A stretch of DNA of 64,000 bases from Octopus sinensis (GCF_006345805.1 NC_043006.1:70680001-70744000); one strand, 5' to 3'; positions 36,797 through 51,600 are shown, counted from the first letter of the stretch. Notes: generated by a model from the sequence alone, not told the origin. Translations and numbers: made by a program.

Positions 36797-37994
36797 CACT
36801 GTACATTTAAACACATTATGAGGTATCTATCATAGGACTCCCTTATGCTAGAAGAAACAGCTAAAGTCCAAGTGGTTTGGACTTTATGAATAATATATAG
36901 TCTATTGACTAATTTTTCTATACGCTAGGCCACTCGTAATAAAAAATTCTAAAATCTTTATTAACCAGGTATTAATTATATATATATATATATATATAAA
37001 GCAGGAGAAAATATGCTCAATACCATAATAGCACTTGTGTGTGGGGGGGCATATATATATGTCTGCACATGTATATGTTGGGTTCATTCAAACAGAAGCC
37101 CTCAGATTTCTTGAATTTATAGTGGTTACCTAGCTTCCTCTTTGTCTCTGTGTGTTGTTACAGTGATAGTAATTTGGTGGCACTGGTGAAGAGGGTGGCT
37201 GTGGTGAAGAGCGTGGTCGGGAGTGGAGCGAGGATGAGCTTACTGTTCACTTCTTTGCTTTTAACATGGGGGAGGAGGGTCCCACCAGTCTGTCTTCCGA
37301 ATCTGATACTCCCTCCTTTACTACAACTTTTACTGTTTCTAATACCACCACCATCACAACACCATGGAGTGTGATAGTGGTGGTGGGGTGGAGGGTAACA
37401 TGGATCTCTGATAGTTCCCTGTGAAAATGTCTTTACACTCTTCACCACCACCACCACACCATCGCCATCACAATTGTTCTACTGCCAAAACCAGCTGGTC
37501 CAAAAGACCTCATTGGGTCTAACCCCATTTTCTTCTATTTTTAAACTCTGCCTATCTATCACCACCATCAGCACCACCCCCACACAATAACCACACTGCC
37601 GCATGGCTGTGTTTTGTAGTTATACCTACATGGTTTGATTTATGTTTCTCTGTGTGACTCCATATTTCTGTGTATATCTCTGTTTACATATTTGTTGTGT
37701 ATATTTCCATGTATGTGTATGCACGTCTCTATGTGTAATTTTGTATATATTTGCTTTCTCCAAATGCAGAGCCAAATAACAATATTCAGTCTGTTATGTT
37801 TACGTTTGATAGAACATTTGCACAGACTTGCTTAGTTTAGGAAGATTTTCTTACTAGGTCACAAGTTGACTTCCTCCATGCATGTATGTGTATGTATGTT
37901 TGTTTTGCTTTGAGTTTTATTCAAGTGCTTCTTGAGAGAATTCGAACTGGTCGCTAACAAAGCGATTAGGCTTTTTTAGTTAAGAGAGTTCCCA

Positions 37995-38772
37995 CAATCA
38001 ATGCATACACAGAAAGTGTGTGCGTCTGTTCACATATGAATCTCATGTGTGTGTGTATGAGAGTAGACAGTATCCTTTCTATTTTCCAATCATGGCCACC
38101 ACATTGACATATTTTTTTAGCACAGTCAATGCATACACAGAAAGTATGTGCGTCTGTTCACATAAGAATCTCCTGTATGTGTGTATGAGAGCAGGCAGTT
38201 TCCATTCTATTTTCCAATCATGGCCACCACATTGACATTTTTTTAGCACAGTCAATGCATACACAGAAAGTGTGTGCATCTGTTCACATAATAATCTCAT
38301 GTGTGTGTATGAGAGTAGACAGTATCCATTCTATTTTCCAATCATGGCCACCACATTGACATATTTTTTAGCACAGTCAATGCATACACAGAAAGTGTGT
38401 GCATCTGTTCACATAAGAATCTCATGTGTGTGTATGAGAGCAGGAAGTATCTATTCTATTTTCCAATCATGGCCACCACATTGACATTTTTTTAGTACAA
38501 CCAATCCATACACAGAAAGTGTATGCATCTATTCACATAAAAATCTCATATGTATGCATACACAGAAAGTGTGTGCATGTGGGCAGACAGTATCCATTCT
38601 ATTTTCCAATCATGGCCACCACATTGACTTTTTTTAGCACAGTCAATACATACACAGAAAGTGTGTGCATCTGTTCACATAAGAATCCTGTGTGTGTGGG
38701 GGGGGAGGTATCATGTGGGTGACAGTATCCACTCCATCTTCCCATCATGACCACCACATTGACATTTTTTTT
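37995..38772. repeat. Tandem array of six ~124-143-bp units
   Basis: Marker ATTTTCCAATCATGGCCACCACATTGAC at 38081, 38209, 38333, 38458 and 38601, degenerate at 38736. Confidence 0.92.
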
Positions 38773-39455
38773 AGGATTTAAACTGTTATTTAGGTAGTTT
38801 CCCCCCTTCGTATTACACATATCCTAGACTTACCTTCACCCACTTCCTTACACAAAACACACACACACACATACACATTAAAAAAATTATAGGTTTTAAT
38901 TGTGTATCATTAGACTGTGACGGAACCTACCAACAAATCGACAGTGTCAAAGCAAGTGACATAGACTTGTGTATACACACACACACACACACACATACAT
39001 GTATATATATGTGAGAGTGAGCTAATTTAACAGAGAGGGTATTGCATGAGCAATTAAGGTAATAAGAGTGAAACAGAGAGAGAGAGAGAGAGTGGAAGCA
39101 TAACTGCCAGTTTGTGGGTATAAGGACAGTTATTAAGGTGACCACTCTTGCTCTCTCTCTCTCTCTCTCTTTTTCTTTCTTTTTCCTTCCTCTCTCTCTC
39201 TCTTTTTCTTTCTTTTTCCTTCCTCTCTCTCTCTCTGCTAGTATCTCTCTCCTTAGCTTTCTACACTCACCATCTTATCTGCTTCCTATCTGTCTGCCTG
39301 TCTAATTATATATCTACCTGTCTAATTAATCAGTCTGTCTGCCTGTTTAATTAACCATCCCTCTGTCTGCCTGTCTGTTTACCTATTCTATCTGCCTGAT
39401 CTGTAATAAATTACAGTAACACATTTGTGGGCATGAATGTGGGGATACATCTTGC

Positions 39456-39489
<34 letters not shown>

Positions 39490-39611
39490 CATCTAACAAT
39501 ATGCAGTGGCGTGGAACTGTGTATGTATGTGTGTGTGACAGAACCAACACACACAAAAAAATGACACACACTCATATATAGAGATGTCGCTATATATATG
39601 TATATATATTC

Positions 39612-39795
39612 TTTTACTTGTTTCAGTCTGTAGTGTATGCATCGACTGTAGCCATGCTGGAGCACTGCCTTTTAGTCGAAGAAATCAACCCCAGGACTTA
39701 TTCTTTATAATACTAGTACTTGATCTATCAGTCTCTTTTGCCAAACCACTAAGTTATGGGGACATAAACACACCAACATCGGTTGTCAAGCGACG
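39612..39795 (-). mobile_element. SINE family A 3' half
   Basis: Reverse-complement match to the family A tail. Confidence 0.75.
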
Positions 39796-39799
39796 GTGT

Positions 39800-40080
39800 A
39801 CTTGGCATAAGTCCAAGCAAGGTTGTTTATGGAAGACAAGCAGTCACCCATGCATACCAGCCTCTCCTCTCCACACCACTGATGTTATTCAAAGGAAAGG
39901 TGAAGGCCGATACGGCTTGGCATCAGTGACATCACAACTCTTTTCTACAGCTGAGTGAACTGGAGCAACATGAAATAAAGTGTCTTGCTCAAGAACACAA
40001 CACACAGCTCAGTCTGGGAATCAAACTCACTACCTCATGACTGTGAGCTCAGTGCTCTAACCACTGAGCTATGTGCCTTC
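39800..40080 (-). mobile_element. SINE family D
   Basis: Near-collinear with 17982-18290. Confidence 0.85.
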
Positions 40081-40796
40081 ACTTGGTATGAAATGAAGGT
40101 ACCTCAGCCCTTGGTATGAAATGAAGGTACCTCAACCCTTGGTATAAAGCTACCTCCCTCTTTACTACGCCCCCCCCCCACTCAGTCTTGGCATCTTTTT
40201 CCTTGCCTTGCATGTTACTCAGCAACCTCGCTGTTGCCAGTGTTGTGAACAGAGCACCCAATACACTCTGTGAAGTGGTTCCTGTCTCAAAGGGCATCCA
40301 GCCATAGAAACTGTGCCAAAACAGATATCAAAGCCCAATACACCTCTCCAGCTTGTTGGATATCCAGTCAAACAGTCCAACGCATGCAAGCATGGAAGTC
40401 TGGCGTTAAATGAGAGAGTGAATAAGTGTGTGTGTGTGTGTATATGTGTGTGACCAGTCACTCACTGTTGCTTCTTTTCCATCTTGATACATCAACTTCT
40501 ACCCAACATCCTTGTAGAGTATAGTAACAGTGGTAGTGACAAAGGCCTTTGCATTGCCACTATCATCGCCACCACCATCATCATCATCATCATCATCACC
40601 ACCACCACCACCACCACTACAATTAGTTGACCTACTCTCACTATTTTCCGACTGGTGGTACTTCATCAAAACTACACTCTCTATATTTTTCGTTATACTC
40701 GTTCGGATTGACTTTCTGGGGTACATGGTTTGTGTGTGTCTATGTGGTTGTGCTTTTTTAGTTGTGTGCATATGTGTGTATTCATAGCTGTGTATG

Positions 40797-40833
<37 letters not shown>

Positions 40834-41115
40834 ATACGTATCTACGTATCTACGTATGTCTAATACTTACAACTGCTTTTCTGTATGTCTATCACTGCCA
40901 CCCTGCTCCATAGATTAACTTACATCTGCTACTACTGCTGTCACCCATCCACCCACCTCCTCCTCCTCCTTCATCACTTCGTCAGCCAATCTGCTATCCC
41001 AGGACTGATGTTTAGTAGTGATGTTGTGTTTTTGTAAACTAAGTCAGACCTACCCGAGTCAAGGAGAGCTTTTTTTAACAGATTACTCTTGTTCTAACAC
41101 ATCATCCACATCATC

Positions 41116-41148
<33 letters not shown>

Positions 41149-41174
41149 GCGCGTGTGTGCATCTTTATATCGTC

Positions 41175-41334
41175 GTCTTCGTCATCATCATCATTTAACA
41201 TCTGTTTTCCATGCTGGCATGGATTGGACTGTTTGACTGAAAACTGGTAAGCTGCACCAGGTTCCAATCTCATTTGGCATGGTTTCCACATTTCCTACTG
41301 CCAACCACTCCAAGATTGTGTAGGGGGTGCTTTT

Positions 41335-41340
<6 letters not shown>
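41175..41340 (-). mobile_element. Family C RTE 3'-UTR fragment
   Basis: (CAT)n tail and CCATGCTGGCATGG motif. Similar fragments at about 18340-18480, 40230-40410 and 43640-43790. Confidence 0.65.
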
Positions 41341-41371
<31 letters not shown>

Positions 41372-41678
41372 CTACATATATGCACACACACATATGTTGG
41401 CGCAAATACAGTTGTGTGGATAAGAACCTTGCTTCCCAACCCTGTGTTCTTGGGTTCAGCCCCACTATGCAACACCTTGTCAAAGAAAGCCTTGTGAGTG
41501 CATTAGGTGCCCATCAAATATATATATATATATATATAGACACACATACCAGCATGTTTTTGCGTTGCAAACCTCATGGTGAACTCTATACATAATGCAG
41601 AGTACATGAATTGCACTTGTCTATGTATGAAATTGTAAGCCCTTGATTCACTCCTTTAATAATCTCAGCTAATAACAG

Positions 41679-41723
<45 letters not shown>

Positions 41724-41962
41724 CAGAGATGTACTTGCATAGCAAGTAATCTGATCTGAGATCATTTGCTGGAACACAAACAATTGCAGTGTGGAAGGTG
41801 TTTATAAGCCATTTAAGAAACTCAAAAGCCATTAGATTCACTTCAACATTTAAATTTAATTTGCCAAAATATTTTTGTTGCTTTGAGACCGCGACCTGTT
41901 CACTGACATAATTCTGTGCTGCATATATATCTATCTATATACATATATATACATACATACAT

Positions 41963-42032
<70 letters not shown>

Positions 42033-42098
42033 ATATATATATATATATATATATAGATATATATATATAGATAGATACATACATACATACATACATAT

Positions 42099-42132
<34 letters not shown>

Positions 42133-42219
42133 GATATTCTAATACATACAAGCACACAAGTCCCTTCTGCTACCTCCTGTCTCTTCATCTCTTACTTTCT
42201 GTCTGTGAGAGTGTGTGCC

Positions 42220-42252
<33 letters not shown>

Positions 42253-42402
42253 AGAGGATGGATGGAGATAACTTCAATCGCACCTCCTGCTTTTAAAAAT
42301 ACACACACACACATACAATGTGTAGTCAACTTACATATACACAGCCTCTCTCTTGTCTTCTAGATAGACACATACATTCAGTATATTTGTGTGTGTTTAT
42401 GC

Positions 42403-42444
<42 letters not shown>

Positions 42445-42901
42445 CTGTCATGGTATGCCTATAGTTCTTAACTTTAGATTATAGAAGTTTTTTATCATTT
42501 AGTCTAATATTTCACATTTAATGCGCTATCAAATGTCTAGAGCCACACACACACACTACAAATACATGTACATATTTGTGTGTACATGTGTAATCTAAAT
42601 GTTGTTATGTATGTGTATATAACCTTAATCTAACATCTGTTTTTTTCTCTACTTCTGTATGTACTTATTGTGTGTGTGTGTGTGTGTGTGTGTACACATA
42701 CACATACTGTTGAAGCAATTTATTGTGATCAGTTTAGAATGGAACCCTTTAGATAACAACTGGCTGATAATATTAAACAGAAGATATCACAATACCCTGA
42801 ATGTTTTCAGGACCAACTAATTTTGATAACAATATCAGTTTGATAACATTATCCATCTTTATAAAAAATAGCTTTCGTCATGTGTGTATGTGTGTGTGTA
42901 T

Positions 42902-42958
<57 letters not shown>

Positions 42959-43814
42959 ATATTTAGTAATGGTCATTTTGCACGAGACACATTGTTTTAT
43001 AAACTGAAGCTGTTGCGTTGTCACAGTTTTCCGTAGGCAACAGAATATAGTGTCCTTCAGCTTCTTGCTAGCCTGGCTATGGCTCACATTGTTACATTTA
43101 TATTTATATATATATGCATTATGTACATAGACACACATGCCAATATTATGCACACATTCACACACATGTATGTGTGTTTATATTGTCTTGTTTGTTGGAA
43201 CAAGAATATTCAAAAACTAAACTAGACTATTTAATGCTTTACAGCAGGTTTGTCAAAAGTTTTCAATCATTTGATCTCTTAGGAATTTGGTTCTGAAAGA
43301 GATCAAAATGTTTGAAGCAGTTATGTTATACACCCGTAAAATTCTTGTGTGTATACACATACATATAATATGCTATATGTAACCAAACCTCTAAATAACA
43401 CACATATACATATGTATATATATGTGTGTGTGTGTGTATGTATGTATATGTGTCTGTAATTTGAGAGGAAACTGAGAGACAAGAAAAACCTGAGTTGGTG
43501 ACATTAGATGCTGTTCAACCTTCTTAGTATCTCTAATTTCCTGTTAGATGATAACATTCGATCTGCCAACAGCAACATTTGCTGTTCTTGCTTTTTCCTC
43601 TTCCTTCCATTCATCATAACCATTACCATCATTATCATCATCATCATCTTCACCATCATTTAATGTCTGTTTTCCATGCTGGTTTGGGTTGGACAGTTTG
43701 ACAGTTGTCAGCAATCCAGAGGACTGCTCCAAGCCCAAACATCTGCTTTGGTAAGCTCTACAGTAGAATGCCCTTTTTAATGATAATTACATTTCATAAT
43801 TTCATCCCTTCATC

Positions 43815-44170
43815 CATCCATTTCCACCACCCACTGTTCTTGGGAGAGTCATGGCAGTGGAGTCATCAGGTACCTTGTCTGTAGGGTCCCATCAGAAGCA
43901 ACTGTCCAGCAGGGTTCCCAGCCATAACCAACTATGAGACTATGGATATTATCCAACCATCTTATTCTTGGTCTGCTTCCAGGTCTTCTCCAATTGGCTC
44001 AGCTTGAAGAATCTGTCTTACGATTCTTTCCTGCAACATTCTAATCACATTCCCATAATACTGGAGCTGTGACCTCTCGATACTGAAAAGTAGCAGTTCA
44101 ACCCTTGAAAGTCTCCCCGATCTCCAAGTTATGCACCGTGTTGAGTAGCATTACTTCTGTGATCCTTTAG
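43815..44170 (-). mobile_element. RTE-clade (Expander/Rex3-like) LINE 3' end
   Basis: RVELLLFSIERSQLQYYGNVIRMLQERIVRQILQAEPIG/RPGSRPRIRWLDN, followed by a (GGAT)n-type tail. Confidence 0.8.
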
Positions 44171-45089
44171 AAGATCCCCATTTCTGTCATATTTATGGTT
44201 ATAGGATGAGGATAAGCAAGGAAACGGAATTGAAGATAGCAATTATTTACATTTGAACTGAAGATAGCAAGTTTGGCTTTTTACACCAATCTCTTCTCAG
44301 GTTTCATATTTGCCAAGCGTATACCATCCCCCATAAATATGGCTTTGTACCTACATTAGAATTCATTTTTAAGTGTATGGCATTGCCAAATTAGTTGAAC
44401 AATGCTTCTATTTAAGTTCAAATCTTATATACAATTGATGAGGCTACAAATGCCAATGAAAAGACTTTGACAAATCTGATTAGTTTGGTGACCAGACAAT
44501 TGATTAGTTAAATAATAAACTAAGTGACAAATAAAAATGATATAAAGAAGTGAAATAGAATCAGTGCATGTGTTTATTATTGGCATGATGACCCTCCTGA
44601 GATACAACACATCACTTCACACCAAGAATTTTGCAAACCAAACACAAAAACATATTATTTGCAAATTTGTGCCCTAGCTTACAAATTCAACCTTTGCCTC
44701 CTCAGTCAGGCCCTTATTGACATTTTCATGGTCCTCTTAGAGAAAGGACGATGATGATGCCAGAGAAGGAGGCACTGACAACTGAGGGAGAATACTTGCC
44801 CTTGATGGTCAGAGCAACCCAGGATCTGTGAGGTTGGAATTTCTTGAATTACTCTTAGTGGCCTTATCCTCTTGGGAAGGGAACTTTTTGGGGAGTTAGT
44901 ATTTTATATAATGTCTTGTTTTTGTTATTTTATGTATGTATGTGTGTGTGTATGTATATATATATTTCTGTATGTTCCCCACCTTCAGTGCTATACCCTG
45001 TTTTGCTTGGGGACAGTGGTTGTATTATTCCTATTGTCTTTGAGCTCTTGTTTGTGACAAATAAAGGAGTTATTATTAGAAAAGTACAT

Positions 45090-45425
45090 CAAAATCAAAT
45101 GGAAATTGTAGTTGTGATCCTCATGCCGGTGGCATGTAAACAGCACCGTCCAAACGTGGCCAATGCCAGTACCACTTTGACTGGCTTCTGTGCTGGTGGC
45201 ACGTAAAAGGCACCAACTGATCATGGTCGTTGCTAGCACCCTGTGGCACATAAAAAGCACCCACTACACTCTCGGAGTGGTTGGCATTAGGAAGGGCATC
45301 CAACTGTAGAAACACTGCCAGATCAGACTGGAGCCTGGTGCAGCCTCCTGGATTCCAAGACCCCAGTTGAGCCGTCCAACCCATGCCAGCATGGAAAACA
45401 GACGTTAAACGATGATGATGATGAT
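45090..45425 (+). mobile_element. Family C RTE 3'-UTR copy
   Basis: Shared VNTR and tail motifs. Confidence 0.8.
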
Positions 45426-46534
45426 TATTGTTAATTTAAACAAAAAAAGTCAATTAGATTTTTTATTGAAAGATTCAATTGTAGTATTAGTAAATTAGCT
45501 GCCCTGCTCAACTTTTGGATACTTGATATTGTTTTATCAGTTTTCTCAAGTAGATTGGTGGGGTGGTGGTGGTGGTAGTGTTACTAGAGGCGGCGGCAGC
45601 AACAGTTATGGTTGCAACAGTAGCGGTGGTGGTAAAGGTGGTGGCTGTGGTGGCAGCTGCGGTTATGGTGGGGAGTGGTGGAGAAAATTTGAATTTCACA
45701 CAGAAATAATGTTGTTGTTGTTGTATTGTTTGTTTGTTTGTGTCAACTGAAAATTGAATCTCTCCATTGAAAGGTCAAAAGCTGCTAATTACATCTGATT
45801 TCGCTTCGTTATGATGACCAGATTGTTTAGAGATTGTAACCTTTACAGTTTTGAACACTTGTTGCGTTGGTCTGTACACATACATATACACTATGTATCA
45901 AGGACATGAACATATATATATATATATACATCTGCATATACATACATTTTCATGTTCTCATACAGTACATATATATATGCATACATGAAAACTTACAAGC
46001 ACTTTGGTATGCATCACAGATGAACATATACGCATATGGGTATAAATTAACATACACTCACTGTTTAACACATCTGTGCATATACAAAAGCATAGACACC
46101 TTTCTTTTTATATATGCACACACACACATGCATGCATGCATGCATGTGCACCCATTAGTAACCCTTGAGAGATAAGCAATATCAAGTCAGTTCTTATCAG
46201 ATTTGAACTCAGGTACTGAAATTAAAATACTGTCAAATATTTAACCCATTGTTTTCTGATGTGCATGTGTTTATCTCTGCTGTGCAGTGGGCCTGGGCCA
46301 GAAACCACATGCTTGCTAAGCAAACTATTAACCACACAGCCATACATGCATCTTGTTAATATTACATACATAAGGTGGTGAGCTGGCAGAATCATTACTG
46401 CACCAGACAGAATGCTTTACAGCAGTTCATCTGTCTTTATGTTCTGAGATCAAATTCCACTGAGTTCAGCTTTGCTCAAAATTGCTGGTCTTATACCAAA
46501 ATTTGAAATCAATATTATATAGATATATATATAT

Positions 46535-46687
46535 GTGGCTGTGTGGTAAGTAGCTTGCTTACCAACCATATGATTCTGGGTTCAGTCCCACTGCATGGCA
46601 CCTTGGGCATATGTCTTCTACTATAGCCTCAGACCAACCAAAGCCTTGTGAGTGGATTTGGTAGACGGAAACTGAAAGAAGCCTGTC

Positions 46688-46739
<52 letters not shown>

Positions 46740-46940
46740 TGTGTATCTGTGTTTGTACCCCCAACATCACTTGACAACTGATGCTGGTGTGTTTAGGTCC
46801 CCATAACTTAGCAGTTTGGCAAAAGAGACCAATAGAATAAGTACTAGGTTTGCAAAGAATAAGTCCTGGGGTCAATTTGATTGGACTAAAGGTGGTGCTC
46901 CAGCATGGCCGCAGTCAACTGACTGAAACAAGTAAAAGAG
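46535..46940 (+). mobile_element. SINE family A, full length
   Basis: Head, central (TA)n(TG)n and tail all present. Confidence 0.9.
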
Positions 46941-47152
46941 TATACTCAGTCACTCTTACTTGAAGTTTCATAGACTTAAAGCTACACATCATTCATCTGA
47001 TGTCAAGGGTCAGACTAGAGATGAATAAATATGGTTTCAAAGAGGGAATAATTGGGGAAGGAGGGGCCACTGGTCAGGAGAGTCCACCTATTGGAATTGA
47101 CAACAACAACTGATGTTCTGTATGTATCTATCTTTCTTGATGGTGTTGTTGT

Positions 47153-47184
<32 letters not shown>

Positions 47185-48005
47185 TGTGTACAGTGCTCAG
47201 GTGCACTACAACTCATCTAAAGTGTATATATAATCAGGTGAAGTTTCGGCGGATTTCGGAAAGCATGAGGGCCTTGATCCCGGTTGGACCTGATCTATCT
47301 GAATTATGGTCAAAGACATTCCAGTTGTGACCAAATCAATGTATTAAGGATCAAATTATTCAGTAAACTGTTTTTAAACCTTTTCCTTTTTTATGATTTA
47401 GAAAAGGAAAGATACACCCGTGACCCTTGTTCAAGGTCTCTGAGGAAGTTATCTTCACTATGAGGACATGGCCCAAATATTTGTCACAGAGTAAACCCTG
47501 CTAAAGATGTCTAAGATCATATGGTGCTGATGCTTGTGTCAAACAGTACAACGGGTCAAGTCTACCACCTAAGGACAAGAATGGTCCCTCCACCAAGTTT
47601 CTACATAGTTTCTGTCTACCAAATTTCACTTAAGTTGAACTGCAGTTTAGGGTGGAAAATACCCTACATATCTATGTATCACACAATGAAGTCAAATCCA
47701 AAAATAAATTATTGTGAAAAGACCTTAAACATACAGCCTTAAGAATTATCTTACACACTGAGCTTCCACAAAATGTCTCAGAATTTAGGTTTAAAGTTTG
47801 GTAGTTGGGTATGGGTTGAGGGTTATGTGGCTGTTATTTCTAGCTGTTAAAATAACTATGTTAAAACTCTGCTACTGTTGTTGTTGTTGTAGATATACAG
47901 AAGGACAATGTGTTGCGTGTTTTGATGCTGTTGTTTAACTCCAGGTTATCTCCTATTAATTAGACGTGATTAATTGTATGCCACTGTTTTTACATTCAGG
48001 CATCA

Positions 48006-48126
48006 TAAGACAACCGAGGGCCCAGAAAATCCTACCAAAATCATCTCAGAGCCACCTCCATGCTTCACAACAAGGGCCAAACTGTCATAGTTCATGGTTT
48101 CTTTAGGGTGTCTCCAGACATAAACT
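48006..48126 (-). mobile_element. Tc1-family transposase relic
   Basis: Translates VYVWRHPKETMNYDSLALVVKHGGGSEMILVGFSG, containing the Tc1 VWR...KHGGGS motif. Confidence 0.75.
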
Positions 48127-49153
48127 TATCCAAATATTGGCCACTTCTAAGTTTAGACACCATTTTTCCCACTTGTCAGTGTTGTTAGGGAACGCCAAAG
48201 ATTTAGCAGTTGCAACCTTCCATGGTATCCACTTTTATGGACAGTTTTGTTTGACACGGGGTTGGCAGAGTAGTGGTTTAGCTCAGCTGTCATTTTTACT
48301 GCTATAGTTCAATGGCTTTTAGACACAATACATTTCATTTTTCTGTAGTCCTTCTCTCTGAGTTTTGCTTTCCATTCACAATTATGCTTACCAAAGGCAG
48401 TTTAAACTTGGTTTTGAAATGCCAACATAATTTTAGAAACTGAACTTCTCAAAACATTAACCTGTTAGCATTTAGATTTCTCAGTCAAATGTAATGCTTA
48501 TCTATTCACATTGTTTTTAATTAATCATGCTTAATCATGCATTATCCCATAGTTTTGAAATTCCAAAGATGTGATTGTTTAGTTTCAGAATGTCATTGTA
48601 GGGTTGGTGTGAGAAGCTGGATCTGACTAGTTTGACCATAAAACACATAGAATATTTGGACCAGATGTGGCCAGTTTAAATGCCAAAAGGTTAAACAACT
48701 GAAGCTCTAGCCATCTGTGGTTCAACAATTTGTCCTCTTTGAAAATCAGACAGGTCACACATTTTAACTTATTTCAATGTAAATATCTGTGAAGCAAAGT
48801 AAAAAGATGAAGAAAAGAGAAGCAGAAGGCTGTATAATATATCATGAAGTACAAGGTATACATAATGTATATGACCACATATGTACAGATTAGAACATCT
48901 TTCCCACCCTACCCCTCTGTGTGTGGATGTAGGTGTAAAAAAACAAATATATCATATGAAGATGATCTCACCATTTCCTCCTCCCTCTTTCTCTCTCACG
49001 CCCTGTGCCTCTGTCTATAACCCTCTATCACCACTACCACTTCCCCCACCAACAGTAACACATGTTACTATCTAGTTCAACCAGTTTACTACTATTATGA
49101 CTATGACAATCAATGATTTCAAATATGTGCCATATATGTATGTATTTGTATGC

Positions 49154-49184
<31 letters not shown>

Positions 49185-49231
49185 ATATACATATGTGTGT
49201 GTGTGTGTGTATGTATATATATATATATATG

Positions 49232-49266
<35 letters not shown>

Positions 49267-49649
49267 GTATGTATTTATGTATGTATATGTATTTATGTAT
49301 ATATATGTATGTATATATGTATGTATGTATATATATGTATATATATGTATGTATGTATATGTATAGTGAGATACAGTTGACAATCCAATAATCCATTTAT
49401 ATTATAACATAAAATATCATTAAACAATCATTATGTGATGTTATTTTATATCTTATTATATTCATAGTATATTATGTTATGATATAAATAAATTATTGGA
49501 TTGTCAACTGTATCTCTAATTTATTTTTTGTAATTTGCATTATACCCATATTTATATGGTATTCAACCATTGTACCAGCGAAATGGATGTCTTACACACC
49601 CCTTTGAAGGAATTCCTTTCCATAATTTGTTACTTTATATATTATATAG

Positions 49650-50215
49650 ATCATCATCATTTAACGTCCGCTTTCCATGCCAGCATGGGTTGGACAATTT
49701 GACTGAGGACTGCCGAACCAGATGGCTGCACCAGGCTCCAATCTTGATCTGGCAGAGTTTCTACAGCTGGATGCCCTTCCTAATGCCAACCACTCCGAGA
49801 GTGTAGTGGGTGCTTATATGTGCCACTGGCACGAGGGCCAGTCAGGCGGTATTGGCAATGGCCACGCCCAAATGGTGTTTTTTTTTTTACGTGTCACCAA
49901 CACAAGTGCCAGTAAGGCGACATTGGTATGATCACACTCGAATGGTGCTTTTTACATGCCACCGACACAGACGCTAGTTAGCCGCTCTGGCAACGATCAC
50001 GCTCGGATGGTGTTCTTAGTGCTCCACTAGCACAGATGCCTGTCATCGAATTTGATTTTGATTTCACTCGCCTCAACAGGTCTTCGCAAGCAGTGTCCAA
50101 TGAAGGAAAGGTATGCATAAGTGGGCTGGTTACACCCCTGGTATAGGCCACAAGGTTATGGTCTCATTTGGCTTGCCGGGTCTTCTCAAGCACAGCCTAT
50201 TTCCAAAAGTCTCGG
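49650..50215 (-). mobile_element. Family C: RTE LINE 3' end (last codons + 3' UTR with ~62-bp VNTR + (GAT)n tail)
   Basis: Minus strand begins DRDFWK*AVLEKTRQAK*, then VNTR units, the GGAAGGGCATCCAGCTGTAGAAAC motif and GCGGACGTTAAATGATGATGAT. This links family C to an RTE 3' UTR. Confidence 0.85.
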
Positions 50216-50242
50216 TCAATATATATATATATAATTTATATA

Positions 50243-50307
<65 letters not shown>

Positions 50308-50914
50308 CAGACATAAGTGCATAGGCATGTGTGTCTATTAGAACAAGACGTGTGTGTTTCTATTGAAATAATGACCCTTACAAAACTGGTCCTGTTTCTT
50401 TCACTTAGAATTTTTTTGCCTGAAGGTATTAAAATAAAGGAATGTTGTGTGTGTCTGTGTGTGTACTTCTGTATATGTATACATTAGGCTATGTATATAT
50501 GTGTGTGTGTGTTTATATTGGAGTATATGTGGATATGACTGTCAGTGTATGTCTGTATATATGTGCATGCCTGTATGTGTACGTATGTGTATCTGTGAAT
50601 GTACACTCGACAAGCAAACAATGATGCATCTCTCCCCTCACTAAACATAAACAAGCACCTATTTAGAACCATCTAACACACTATGAAAGAACATTGGCCT
50701 CACCATCTCTGAGGATATCTCTTGAAAAATACACATCACCAGCAGCATCACAAAGACTGGTTTCCCCTCTTCAGGGTTAGGGTTAGGGTCAGATATACTC
50801 CAGCCTTTAATGGTTTGCCTTTTTGACTCATATGTTAAAAGTATTTACCCTAATTTCATTAAATTTATGGAAATACAGGCACATTGTTTACTCAGCAATG
50901 GTGTTTTTAGCATC

Positions 50915-51600
50915 ACTGGCTATTAACTTGTTTCACAAAAACTGCTCTAATTGCTCTGAAGGTGGCATGATGGTCCATGTTTACTCAAGATTTTTAGCAG
51001 TTCTTTGTGACGATTTGAACCAGTCACGACAAGATGTATTTTTTCTGAGACATTTGTATAAGTACATCAACACTTCTACTTGGAGTTGTTTACCAGGCCC
51101 CAAACTACTATCAAGACACACAGCTATTGACATTCCTAGAGCTGTGTCTAGGAAAATAGCCACCTCCCTTCTCATCACTGGTACCTTCACTTACCCAGAA
51201 ATTGATTGGGAAACCTTTCACTGGTCACAAAGTGCAAATGATTTCCTTGACTTAGTGCTGGGTTCAAACCGGTCCTAAGTACTCACCACTTCTACAAGAG
51301 GGAATAACAATTGGCATCTGCTATTCACCACTGTTTCTACAAGTATTATCAGTGTCACTATCAGGGAACATTTAGGCAACTCCGATCACACTATGATCAT
51401 TTCTAATTTGTCTCTTAGATGAGAAAAGAAAAAAGATAAAATTGCCACCAGCACCTCCAAAATTCCTGCTTGGATTGGAACAAAGCTGTCTGGAACTCTT
51501 AAGCCCCTAAACTGGCTTCTATTTTATGATTCCAAAGATGTCAGTTCTATCCTTCAAAATATTCTTAATTCAATCTGGATGGCATGCGAAGCATCAGTAA
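50915..51600 (+). mobile_element. Degenerate CR1/L2-group LINE, AP-endonuclease region
   Basis: EGGMMVHV (GGGV motif), LLITGTFTYPEIDW (GDFNxPxIDW), TRGNN, EHLGNSDH (SDH motif); in-frame stop at 51276-78. Confidence 0.8.

Noticed and set aside
37244-37418. Minus-strand candidate exon with good splice sites containing GGSIRFGR (RFamide-like)
   Set aside because: Largely derived from CAC/GTG low-complexity sequence; a single motif with no signal peptide or repeated peptide copies.
37995-38772. CRISPR-like appearance of this array and of 56599-56895
   Set aside because: Units repeat in full with no unique spacers; no cas genes; eukaryotic context.
45755-45860. Motif-dense unique island (AGGTCA, TAATTA, CATCTG) as an enhancer
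   Set aside because: Short motifs occur by chance; cannot be supported without conservation or chromatin data.
50777-50788. (TTAGGG)2 telomere-like motif
   Set aside because: Only two units; expected by chance.
50823-51278. 151-aa ORF as a host gene
   Set aside because: Degenerate CR1/L2-type endonuclease with an in-frame stop before the SDH motif.
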